From an uncultured archaeon (GTDB lineage Archaea; Iainarchaeota; Iainarchaeia; Iainarchaeales; GCA-2688035), in assembly GCA_964354805.1 (NCBI GenBank), contig CAYHBD010000007.1, forward strand, positions 1-30,044: a DNA stretch of 30,044 bases. Direction: 5' to 3'. This document shows, in pieces, positions 10,052 through 18,238 of the stretch; position 1 is the first letter of the stretch; the number at the start of each line of letters is the position of its first letter. The notes below the pieces were generated by a model that searched no databases, was not told the DNA's origin, and was given only the letters and a program-made list of their open reading frames with translations. The position numbers and the translations under genes are program-made.

Positions 10052-10558
10052 TCATTTTGCTTTCTCAATTTTCACTATTTTTATCCAAAATATCAGAGTT
10101 TTCCCTGCAAGCGGGTGATTAAAATCAACTATAATTGAATCATCTTTTATTTCTTTGATTACGCCGTTTACGCCTGTTTCGCTGTGGACAGGCAGGCCGA
10201 CAACCATTTTGTCTGGCTCGGCAAACTGGCTTTTGGGCAGCTCTACAACCTTTGTGTTATCGTATTGCCCGTAAGCTTTCTCTGCCTGAATTGTCACTGT
10301 TTTTTCTTGCCCCTCTTGCATTCCAATAACAGCAGAATCAAATCCTTCAATTGCCTGTTTTGAGCCAACAGCAAAGGAAAATGGCTTTCCTGCTTTTTCG
10401 CTTGAATCAAAAACGTTTCCATCCAGCAGCTTGCCCTCATATTCAACGGAAACAGTGTCTCCAGCAGCAACTGTTGTTTTACCTGCGTTTGGTTGCTGGG
10501 CGCAACCGCTGAGCAAAACTAAAGCAATTAAAAGAAATGAAACAAAAGCTTTCTGCAT
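10052..10558 (-). CDS. slyD: FKBP-type peptidyl-prolyl isomerase (SlyD-like) with lipoprotein-like signal
   Basis: VEYEGKLLDGNVFDSS, AEKAYG, VDFNHPLAGKTLIF; N-terminal LLSGC lipobox. Confidence 0.9.
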   Translation of the reverse strand: MQKAFVSFLLIALVLLSGCAQQPNAGKTTVAAGDTVSVEYEGKLLDGNVFDSSEKAGKPFSFAVGSKQAIEGFDSAVIGMQEGQEKTVTIQAEKAYGQYDNTKVVELPKSQFAEPDKMVVGLPVHSETGVNGVIKEIKDDSIIVDFNHPLAGKTLIFWIKIVKIEKAK

Positions 10559-10605
10559 AACTTAATTGCTTTAAGAAAACAATTAAAAAAGGTAGATAAA
10601 AAGAA

Positions 10606-10850
10606 CGCGGGGGACGAGATTCGAACTCGCGCTTCCGTGAGGAAACACGCTGATTGGAATTTGGGTTTCTTTTCCCAACAGCCTTTTTAACAAAAAGGCT
10701 GGCGAAAAAAGTTCCTTTTCCCAAGGCTTTTTTGCGTGAGCAAAAAAGGCTTAGCCGTTAGGCATTTTTTCCTTTTCTTTCCCAAGGCTTTCTTTTTCTA
10801 AAAGAAAGGCTTTTCCAGGCGTGCGCATTAGACCGCTCTGCCACCCCCGC
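10606..10850 (-). tRNA. tRNA-Ser(GGA) with 161-nt intron (10652-10812)
   Basis: GCGGGGG/CCCCCGC acceptor, CACGC/GCGTG anticodon stem, CT-GGA-A|A loop, long variable arm, GCGAG-TTCGAAT-CTCGT T arm, G discriminator; mature length 84 nt. Confidence 0.9.
10666..10812. repeat. Three family A hairpin repeats inside the tRNA-Ser(GGA) intron
   Basis: Units at about 10666-10702, 10714-10752 and 10771-10812, each TTTCCCAA followed by a hairpin ending AAAGGCT(T/G). Confidence 0.9.
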
Positions 10851-10950
10851 ATTAAGGAAAAGAAGGCAGGGAAAAGCCTTTAAAGGAAATTTATTTTTGC
10901 AGTGGCGAAAGCGAAATAATAAAAAGGGGGAAAGGATTATTATTATTGCA

Positions 10951-12036
10951 ATGAATAAAAAGCAGAATGGCAAAAACACGGCGATTTGGGGTCCTGACGA
11001 GTGGCCTGCTGAAACATTCTTTTGCATTGCTGTTTCAAAAGATGGAAAAACAGTGAAGCAGGAGGGCAAGCACTATAAGGGATTTAACCGCTTGGTTGAC
11101 TCTTCTGCAATCAGCTGGGTGAATTGCTGCATTGATGATGTTGCTGACAATATTGAAGATATTGCCAGGCATTTTGGTTTCAGGAAAGAGCTGGCTAGAG
11201 ATTTGCTGACGCATAGAAGCAGTGCTTATGTTGACATGGGCGACGAGCTTGGATTGCTGCTGCCTGCAGTGAAAGTAAGGAACCTGCTTGTGCACATTTC
11301 ACCAATTTATATGCTGATCCGGAAGAACCTGGTTTTGTCTGTTCACAGCAGGAGGGTTACAAGGTGGATTAATTTCTTCAATTATGCTGAAACCTTTATG
11401 AGAAAAATTCCGCCGAATGCGCTGTTTAATGACAAGATTACGATGATTTTGATAAGGCTGTTGGGCAAGAATGACGAGAAGAATTTCGAGAACCTGCGCA
11501 TAATTGAAGAGGAAGGGGACAGAATAAACAGGATGTTAATCGACAGTGGGTCGCCCAGGACAAAACTTGGGGCAGAAATATACAGAATGAAGCACGCCTT
11601 GATCAGTTACATGGGCGCCTTATGGGCTTCGATGGATGTCTTGAACGATCTGCGTTACGGCGACAGCGAGTTAATCACTGATGACAGCGCTTTGCTGCAC
11701 GAAATCACGATTATTGCAAGCGATCTGACAAGCCACCTTGCTTTGGCAGAGCACATGAGCGAGGTGCTTGCATCAGGCCTGGAGGTGCTGCAAAGCATTT
11801 ACAACAACCAGCTGCAGGTTCTGAACAACAGGCTTTCTTTGACTGTAACCTGGCTGACTGTGCTTGGAACAGCGGTTCTTGTTCCAAACACGCTTGCTAC
11901 AATTTATGGAATTCCTGCAATCAGCGAGCACGCAAACTGGCAGGACATAATTTTGCTGTTGGTTGCCTCAACAGTAATCAGCGCGCTTGCGGCATACTTT
12001 GTAATCAAGAGAATGCTGCCAAAAAAAGTAGAGTGA
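10951..12036 (+). CDS. CorA-family divalent cation transporter
   Basis: Long soluble helical domain plus two C-terminal TM helices (NNRLSLTVTWLTVLGTAVLVPNTLATIYG); ATG 10951 preferred over TTG 10897. Confidence 0.85.
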   Translation: MNKKQNGKNTAIWGPDEWPAETFFCIAVSKDGKTVKQEGKHYKGFNRLVDSSAISWVNCCIDDVADNIEDIARHFGFRKELARDLLTHRSSAYVDMGDELGLLLPAVKVRNLLVHISPIYMLIRKNLVLSVHSRRVTRWINFFNYAETFMRKIPPNALFNDKITMILIRLLGKNDEKNFENLRIIEEEGDRINRMLIDSGSPRTKLGAEIYRMKHALISYMGALWASMDVLNDLRYGDSELITDDSALLHEITIIASDLTSHLALAEHMSEVLASGLEVLQSIYNNQLQVLNNRLSLTVTWLTVLGTAVLVPNTLATIYGIPAISEHANWQDIILLLVASTVISALAAYFVIKRMLPKKVE

Positions 12037-12065
12037 ATTTTTCTTTTGAGGGCAGGCTTTCCAGG

Positions 12066-12185
12066 GAAGCAATTTCTTTTGATGCATTTTTTCCTGGCGA
12101 AGCCCATTTTCTTTTGATGCTTTTTTTGTAGCGTTTTTTTCTTTTAATGCACGTTTTCTTTTTTTCCTAAAAAAAGAAAAAGTGC
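12066..12185. repeat. Family B tandem units plus hairpin at the tRNA-Ser(TGA) 3' end
   Basis: Three TTTCTTTT(G/A)ATGC units; the last runs into GCAC-G-TTTTCTTTTTTT-CCT-AAAAAAAGAAAA-A-GTGC (12149-12185). Confidence 0.85.
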
Positions 12186-12267
12186 GCCGGCGACAGGATT
12201 TGAACCTGTGTGTCCAGAGGACTCTCGGTCTCAAGCCGAGTGCGTTTAACCGCTCCGCCACGCCGGC
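12185..12267 (-). tRNA. tRNA-Ser(TGA), intronless
   Basis: GCCGGCG/CGCCGGC acceptor, CTCGG-CTTGAGA-CCGAG anticodon arm, long variable arm, ACAGG-TTCAAAT-CCTGT T arm. Confidence 0.95.
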
Positions 12268-12350
12268 ATTAATATTATTTTTTGTGATTGAATGGATTTA
12301 AATGTAACTGATTTGGGTTTTTTTGCGGTTCACGCTGGCTTTTCTTTTTT

Positions 12351-12950
12351 TTAGTATGGCGTGAATTCTATTTTGCTGTTTGCCATTTTTTTGAAGAATT
12401 GCAGTTCCTGCTTTTTCTGGCCTGCTGTGCTGAATATGTGTTCTAATCCAAACCACACCATGAACCAGCCTGTTGGCTCAAGCAGTACGAAAACGAAGTT
12501 CCATGCGAGGTGTGTTGCTGTTAGCTGTGAAACGAGTGATGCAGCGAACATTGCGGAAACGCCTGCAAGCAGGAAAAAAGCGGATTTTCTTTTAATGCCT
12601 TTTATTTCTTTTTCCATTAGGGCTGAGTGTTTTTTGAAGTATTCATGCAGCCTCTTTTTTATAATGTTCTCCAGCGCAGCATCCCTTTTTTGTTCTGGAA
12701 TCAGGAATTTTAATTCAATTGCGCCGCTGCTTTTTTCCTTTGCTGCCTTTTTTGCTTCGGAAAGGAAGTCGTCGGACAAAGCCCTTTGCGGGTAAGGCCT
12801 TGGGTCAAAGTCCGAGAAGATGTCATCGTATGTGTCCAGCCAGATGCTTATTTCAGACAAGCGCAGCAGTTTTTGTTTCTCTGCGTCTTTTATTTCTGTC
12901 GGGGTTTCGGAGTTTTGCCCGAGTGAGTTGGCTGATTCTTTTGCATCCAT
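12351..12950 (-). CDS. Hypothetical membrane protein
   Basis: 199 aa; WLDTYDDIFSDFDPRP...RALSDDFL segment and two C-terminal TM helices. Confidence 0.8.
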   Translation of the reverse strand: MDAKESANSLGQNSETPTEIKDAEKQKLLRLSEISIWLDTYDDIFSDFDPRPYPQRALSDDFLSEAKKAAKEKSSGAIELKFLIPEQKRDAALENIIKKRLHEYFKKHSALMEKEIKGIKRKSAFFLLAGVSAMFAASLVSQLTATHLAWNFVFVLLEPTGWFMVWFGLEHIFSTAGQKKQELQFFKKMANSKIEFTPY

Positions 12951-13056
12951 ATTTGGAGATTAAAAACGAAACAGAATTTAAGGATATAGCAAATGGCATT
13001 AATTTTTGAACAATTTTTGCGGATTTTTTTTAGGTTGAAAGGTTAAAAAAACAGAA

Positions 13057-13138
13057 TTTTGGGAAAAGCAGGCGCTCTATGCGATTGCGAAGCAATCGCC
13101 CTTTTCCCAAGGCTTTTTTCCCGTAGGAAAAAAGGCTT
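13057..13138. repeat. Composite palindromic element containing a family A repeat
   Basis: TTGGGAAAAG...CTTTTCCCAA outer arms, inner GCGATTGC-GAA-GCAATCGC (13081-13099), family A unit 13101-13138. Confidence 0.85.
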
Positions 13139-13826
13139 ATGCTTTTTGCAGCAAATAGTTTTTTTCAATTTGCAGGAAACCTGTTTTTGCCTTTGCTTCA
13201 ACAAAGTTCAGCAGGTTGTTGAATGCAATGAAAGAAATGCTGATTCCTGCCGCGAATGCGATTCTTTCAGTTGCTGTTATTGGGATAAGCATTGCCCATT
13301 GCTCTGCCGTCATTGGAACAGTCCAAGCAAAAATAACTGAGCCTATTGCGTGGGCAGTGAATGTTGCCCCAAGGCTGCGCAGGAACAATCGCTTGCTGAA
13401 CACTTTTGCAATCAACGGGATTGTCCAGAAGAGCGAGTAATACCATGCTTCCCTGCCAACAGGGTGCAAAATGAACAAGGCAATGCATGCGGTTGGAATT
13501 GCCGCGCTTGCTTTTGAGAAATTGTTCTTCTTGAGGAAAAATGCGAAGTAGAATGTTGCAAACAGCATTGGCAGCAATCTTAAAATATTCAGCAATTCAA
13601 TTGCTTTTCCTGCAATCGCGAAATCCAGCAATTCAGCAAAGAAAACAGAGGCAATTCCAATAACCGGACCGAGAAAAGCGCCTGCTATCGGGCCAATGAA
13701 CTGGAAGAAGGTAAAGTATTGGGCCGTGCTGCCAACAAGCTGAGAGAAATTGATTCTGCCGGCGATTAAAACAACTATAGTGAATAGAACAAAGAAAACT
13801 ACCTTTTTGAAATAGCTGTTTTGCAT
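13137..13826 (-). CDS. Integral membrane protein, ECF transporter S-component-like
   Basis: 229 aa from ATG 13826 (GGTGG RBS); about 6-7 TM helices; GPIAGAFLGPVIG resembles the S-component signature; directly downstream of folC. Confidence 0.65.
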   Translation of the reverse strand: MQNSYFKKVVFFVLFTIVVLIAGRINFSQLVGSTAQYFTFFQFIGPIAGAFLGPVIGIASVFFAELLDFAIAGKAIELLNILRLLPMLFATFYFAFFLKKNNFSKASAAIPTACIALFILHPVGREAWYYSLFWTIPLIAKVFSKRLFLRSLGATFTAHAIGSVIFAWTVPMTAEQWAMLIPITATERIAFAAGISISFIAFNNLLNFVEAKAKTGFLQIEKNYLLQKA

Positions 13827-13954
13827 TAAGCCCACCAAGAATAATAACAATAAAAAAGAGGCAATTGTTTAAAAATGTTTTCACAAAAAAAATGCCTGCT
13901 CTGGCTTTTGCAAAAAATGCTTTTGATTTTAAAAAAACGTTCAATAAATTGCTT

Positions 13955-15157
13955 TTATTGTTTTTTCCACAATTGGATTGCCTCACCGACAACAAAGCAG
14001 CTGCCTGCAACCAAAACAAGCCCGTTCTTTCCAGCAACAGCAATTGCTTTGCGCACTGCATTTTTTACTCCCTTAACAATAATTGCCTTTTTCCCATGCC
14101 GCTCGAATTCGCACTTTATTTTTTCGGGCTGCATTGCCCTGATTTTTGCCTCGGTTGCTATTACCGATGAAGCAAGCGGCGCAAGAGCGCTTGCAATTTG
14201 CCTGATGTCCTTGTCACTGCTTACGCCAATGACAAGCAATGCTTTTTTCCCCTTAAAGCTCTGCCTGAATGATTTTGCCAAAGCAAGCACTGCCCCTGGA
14301 TTATGGCAGCAGTCAAGCAGAACAATCGGGTTGCGCTGCACTGCATCAAACCTGCCGGGAAAACGCACTTTTGCCAAGCCATTCCTGATTGCTTTCTCGC
14401 TTATTGCCACTCCCTGCTTTTGCAGCTCTCTTATAACAGCGATTGCCATTGCTGCATTTGTCCGCTGAAAGCTGCCCTGCAATGCGATTTTTCCTTTATA
14501 GGGTTTCGATGCGTTTATTAGTTTGCTTTTTTTTCTTTTGCACTCTTTTCCGAGAACGCGCAGCACAACCGGGTTTTTTTCCGCTGTCACCAGAGGAATG
14601 CCCTGCTTTATTATTCCTGCTTTTTCAAAGGCAATTTTCTGCAGTGTGTTCCCCAAATACTGCTTGTGCTCCACTGAAACATTTGTTATTATGCTCACGA
14701 CAGGCTTGAGCACGTTTGTTGCATCCAAGCGCCCACCCATTCCTGTTTCAATTACAGCGAAATCTACTTTTTTTCGCTTGAAGTACTTGAATGCAAGCGC
14801 TGTGGTGAATTCAAAAAAGGTCAGCTTGAGGTCTGCTTTTTCTTTTATTGCCCTCAGTTGTGAAACAAGCTTTTGCAGTTCGGCGTTAGAAATTTTTTTT
14901 CCATTAACCTGCACTCTTTCATTGAAGCTGACCAGGTGCGGTGAAACGTACAGCCCTGTTTTATAGCCTGCCGAGCGCAGAATTGATTCAACCATTGCTG
15001 CAGTGCTGCCTTTTCCGTTTGTTCCAGCAATGTGGATTGAACGGAAAGAATCCTGCGGATTGCCGAGCAATTGGAGGAAGCGCTGCATCCTGCTTAATCC
15101 AAGGATTATGCCAAGGCGCTCCAATTCATTGAAGTAAGAAAGAAAATTCTGCGCCAT
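13955..15157 (-). CDS. folC: Folylpolyglutamate synthase / dihydrofolate synthase
   Basis: HIAGTNGKGST, YVSPHL, TFFEFTT, ETGMGGRLDATNV, FPGRF, LDCCHNP; ATG 15157 is the likely start. Confidence 0.95.
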   Translation of the reverse strand: MAQNFLSYFNELERLGIILGLSRMQRFLQLLGNPQDSFRSIHIAGTNGKGSTAAMVESILRSAGYKTGLYVSPHLVSFNERVQVNGKKISNAELQKLVSQLRAIKEKADLKLTFFEFTTALAFKYFKRKKVDFAVIETGMGGRLDATNVLKPVVSIITNVSVEHKQYLGNTLQKIAFEKAGIIKQGIPLVTAEKNPVVLRVLGKECKRKKSKLINASKPYKGKIALQGSFQRTNAAMAIAVIRELQKQGVAISEKAIRNGLAKVRFPGRFDAVQRNPIVLLDCCHNPGAVLALAKSFRQSFKGKKALLVIGVSSDKDIRQIASALAPLASSVIATEAKIRAMQPEKIKCEFERHGKKAIIVKGVKNAVRKAIAVAGKNGLVLVAGSCFVVGEAIQLWKKQ

Positions 15158-15191
15158 ATTATTTTTTTCAAAGAAAGAGAATAAAAATAAT

Positions 15192-15276
15192 GAGGCAAGC
15201 AGCAGCATCAACTGTTTAAAGCCGAATGCCGTTGCTTTGCCTCCTTAACTCCCAACACAGCAACAAACTGGTGTTG
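15192..15276 (-). promoter_or_regulatory. Candidate structured leader RNA upstream of folC
   Basis: Two hairpins (15253-15276 and 15192-15243); the long one uses G-U pairs on the folC strand and is followed by a U-rich tract. Confidence 0.45.
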
Positions 15277-15424
15277 TTGTTTTTAAAAAGCTTTCCATCA
15301 AAAAATTTCTACATAAAAAAAATTTCGCTTGGCTTGTTATTTAAAAAAAGGTCTGTTGTTTTTTCTTTTAATAAATTGGAAAAGGAAAAAAAATAAAAAA
15401 TAGCAAATTGTGGTGGCATGGAAA

Positions 15425-16363
15425 ATGGACGTTGAGAAATTTATTGCGGAAAAGGTTGCGGAAATAAAGAAAACAGTCGGCAGGGATAAGGCGATTGTTG
15501 CCTTGAGCGGCGGGGTTGATTCAAGCGTTGTGGCTGCTTTGGCGCACAGGGCGCTTGGCAGGCAGCTTGAATGCGTTTTTCTGGATGACGGCTTGATGAG
15601 GGAGAAAGAGGGCGAGCAGGTTAGGGCTGTTTTCAAAAAAACAGGGATTGAGGTAATTGTAAAAAATGTCCAGCAGCGCTTTTTCGATGCATTGCAGGAA
15701 TTGACAGATCCCGAGGAGAAGAGAAAGGCTTTCAGGGACACTTTTTATAAAACACTCGGGGAAGTGGTGAAAGAAAGCAAGGCAAAATTCATGTTCCAGG
15801 GAACAATAAAGGCTGATGTGATTGAAACAAAAAAGGGAGTGAAAACGCAGCACAATGTTCTTGCACAGATCGGGGTTGATCCTGGAAAATATGAGCTGCG
15901 GATTTTGGAGCCTCTGGTTGAATTGTTCAAGCCTGATGTCAGGGCAGTTGGCAGGGCGCTTGGCCTGCCTGCCGAAATCAGTGAAAGAATGCCTTTCCCA
16001 GGGCCGGGGCTGTCAACAAGATGCGTTGGAGAGGTAACGCCAGAAAGGATTGCAATTGTCAGGAGAGCGCATGTTATTGTTGAAGATGAAATTAAAAAAG
16101 CAGGCTTTAAGCCATTCCAGGCATTTGCGGTTTTGCTGAATGACAAGGCTACTGGATTGGACAAGGAAGGAAACAGGCTTTTCGGAGACATTATCGTTGT
16201 GAGGAGTGTTGAATCAAGCGATGCAATGAAAGCAAAACCAACAGAAATCCCAGTACAAGCGCTGCTGCGGATAAGCGAAAGAATTACTGCAGAGATTCCT
16301 TCTGTTGCAAGAGTATTGTATGAATTAACTGGGAAACCGCCTGCAACAATTGAGTATATTTAA
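15425..16363 (+). CDS. guaAB: GMP synthase, ATP-pyrophosphatase subunit (archaeal subunit B)
   Basis: ALSGGVDSS, DPEEKRK, QGTIKADVIE, KTQHNV, PFPGPGL, KPPATIEY. Confidence 0.92.
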   Translation: MDVEKFIAEKVAEIKKTVGRDKAIVALSGGVDSSVVAALAHRALGRQLECVFLDDGLMREKEGEQVRAVFKKTGIEVIVKNVQQRFFDALQELTDPEEKRKAFRDTFYKTLGEVVKESKAKFMFQGTIKADVIETKKGVKTQHNVLAQIGVDPGKYELRILEPLVELFKPDVRAVGRALGLPAEISERMPFPGPGLSTRCVGEVTPERIAIVRRAHVIVEDEIKKAGFKPFQAFAVLLNDKATGLDKEGNRLFGDIIVVRSVESSDAMKAKPTEIPVQALLRISERITAEIPSVARVLYELTGKPPATIEYI

Positions 16364-16379
16364 TGAGGTGAAAAAACAA

Positions 16380-17483
16380 ATGAAAGTAGAAGGAAAACAT
16401 TATAGAACAATTTGGGTAAAGGAAGGAAATGAAAAAATAGTGCAAATAATTGACCAGAGGCATTTGCCACACGGGTTTGTGATAGAGGACTTGAAGACTG
16501 TTGAAGATGTCGCTGTTGCAATAAAGGAAATGCATGTAAGAGGCGCTGGCTTAATCGGTGCAACTGCAGGCTATGGGGTGTATATTGCTGCCTTGGAGGC
16601 CCCTGAGAATGATTTTGACGGTTTTGTGGAAAAGGCAGGCGAAAAGCTGAGGGCTACAAGGCCAACTGCCGTGAACCTTGCTTGGGCTGTTGAAAGGCAG
16701 CTTAAGGCAATGCAGAAGGAAAAAAATGCAGGGAAAAAGGTTAAGGTTGCTTTCAAAATGGCGAAGCAGATTGCTGATGAGGATGCCGAATTTTGCAGGC
16801 GTATTGGAGAGCATGGGTTAAAAATAATTGAGGAAATTGCTGCAAGAAAGAAAGGCAAAACAGTAAACATTTTGACACACTGCAATGCCGGGTGGCTTGC
16901 TTTTGTTGACTATGGCAGTGCAACAGCGCCGATTTACGCAGCATTTGACAAAGGCATAGATGTTCATGTTTGGGTTGATGAAACAAGGCCATGGAACCAG
17001 GGGGCAAGGCTTACTGCATGGGAGCTTGGCCAGCACGGCGTTCCACATACAATTATTGCTGACAATGTTGGCGGCCATTTGATGCAGCATGGCTTGGTTG
17101 ACATGTGCATTGTTGGAACTGACAGGACAACGCGCTGCGGCGATGTTGCAAACAAGATTGGCACTTACTTAAAGGCATTGGCAGCAAAGGACAACAATGT
17201 GCCATTCTATGTTGCTTTGCCTTCTTCAACCTTTGATTGGAAGATGCGTGATGGCGTTAAAGAGATTCCAATAGAGCAAAGGGGCAGCGAAGAAGTGAAG
17301 TATGCCCAGGGGCTATGCGAGGGAGAAATAAAAAAAGTTCTTTTGACGCCTGCAAAAAGCAATGCAGTGAATTACGCTTTTGACGTAACTCCGGCAAGGC
17401 TTGTAACAGGGCTTATTACTGAAAGGGGAATTTGCAAGGCAAACGAGAAAAGCATTCTGGCATTATTCCCGGAAAAGAAATGA
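16380..17483 (+). CDS. mtnA: Methylthioribose-1-phosphate isomerase
   Basis: IIDQRHLP, VRGAGLIG, RPTAVNL, LTHCNAGWLA, DETRPWNQGARLT, ANKIGT, FDVTP; GAGGTG RBS before ATG 16380. Confidence 0.95.
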   Translation: MKVEGKHYRTIWVKEGNEKIVQIIDQRHLPHGFVIEDLKTVEDVAVAIKEMHVRGAGLIGATAGYGVYIAALEAPENDFDGFVEKAGEKLRATRPTAVNLAWAVERQLKAMQKEKNAGKKVKVAFKMAKQIADEDAEFCRRIGEHGLKIIEEIAARKKGKTVNILTHCNAGWLAFVDYGSATAPIYAAFDKGIDVHVWVDETRPWNQGARLTAWELGQHGVPHTIIADNVGGHLMQHGLVDMCIVGTDRTTRCGDVANKIGTYLKALAAKDNNVPFYVALPSSTFDWKMRDGVKEIPIEQRGSEEVKYAQGLCEGEIKKVLLTPAKSNAVNYAFDVTPARLVTGLITERGICKANEKSILALFPEKK

Positions 17484-17524
17484 GATTCAGCAGTGTTTTA
17501 AATGTTAACTTAGGAGAAAATTAG

Positions 17525-18238
17525 ATGTTGGTTGGCATGCGCAGGGTAAAAATTATGGGGCAAAAGAGAACTGCTGGGAGAAGAATCATTAGAAAAGTTA
17601 GAAAACCAAGTGGCTCTGCCGGCGTTGAAAAAGGATATTTTAAATTTACGCCAATACCAAAGGGCAAAAGGAGAATTCCCGCAAACCAGTTAACAGATAT
17701 AAACAACTGCAGAAACATTCTTTTCAAACTTGGCCTGATTGGAATTTATACCAGCGGCCCTTCAAAAGGGGTTGGCTTTGGCAACGTTAGCAAAGAGCTT
17801 GCTTCTGGAAATATAATTGTCACTGGCAATAAAACAGGCGGCATTAGGTCATTGACTCAAGACCATTATTGCCTTGTAACCAGAAGTTTCCCTAGCAAAA
17901 ATAGGGTTTGGTTTGTTGGGCCAATTATTCCAACTTCAGAAAGCATGACTCATTCTGCTGTTTATAATGCAGACAAAACCGCCAAGGTGGTACTCCATGT
18001 CCACAATCTCCGGCTTTGGAGAAGACTGCTTAATAAAGTGCCAACAACAAGAGAAAACGTTACATACGGAACCCCCGCAATGGCAGGAGAAGTGACCAGA
18101 TTATTCAAAGAAACAGATGTTGGAACGAGAAAAATTTTCGTAACAGCAGGCCATACTGAAGGGGTATTCGTTTTTGGCAGGAACTTTAAAGAAGCACTAA
18201 ACATACTGCTCGGATATTATGGAAAGAGAAAAGCCTAA
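17525..18238 (+). CDS. Class II aldolase/adducin-family protein (MtnB-like or aldolase)
   Basis: GFGNVS, PTSESMTH, LHVH and GHTEG metal-binding motifs; follows mtnA; basic N-terminal extension. Confidence 0.85.
   Translation: MLVGMRRVKIMGQKRTAGRRIIRKVRKPSGSAGVEKGYFKFTPIPKGKRRIPANQLTDINNCRNILFKLGLIGIYTSGPSKGVGFGNVSKELASGNIIVTGNKTGGIRSLTQDHYCLVTRSFPSKNRVWFVGPIIPTSESMTHSAVYNADKTAKVVLHVHNLRLWRRLLNKVPTTRENVTYGTPAMAGEVTRLFKETDVGTRKIFVTAGHTEGVFVFGRNFKEALNILLGYYGKRKA

Noticed and set aside
10652-10812. Mini CRISPR array
   Set aside because: Units vary in their loops, spacers are short and unequal, no cas genes are in the window, and the array lies within a tRNA intron.
9878-12261. ORFs 9878-10138, 10479-10724, 10758-11069 and 11968-12261
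   Set aside because: They overlap tRNA genes and repeats and are spurious translations.
12185-12267. Selenocysteine or opal-suppressor tRNA
   Set aside because: The anticodon is UGA (reads UCA, Ser), not UCA; the 7-bp acceptor and 5-bp T stems are ordinary.
15192-15276. Canonical THF riboswitch
   Set aside because: Only short fragments (GGGAG, GTTAAG) resemble the consensus; the junction and pseudoknot could not be built by eye, so it is kept only as an unclassified candidate.
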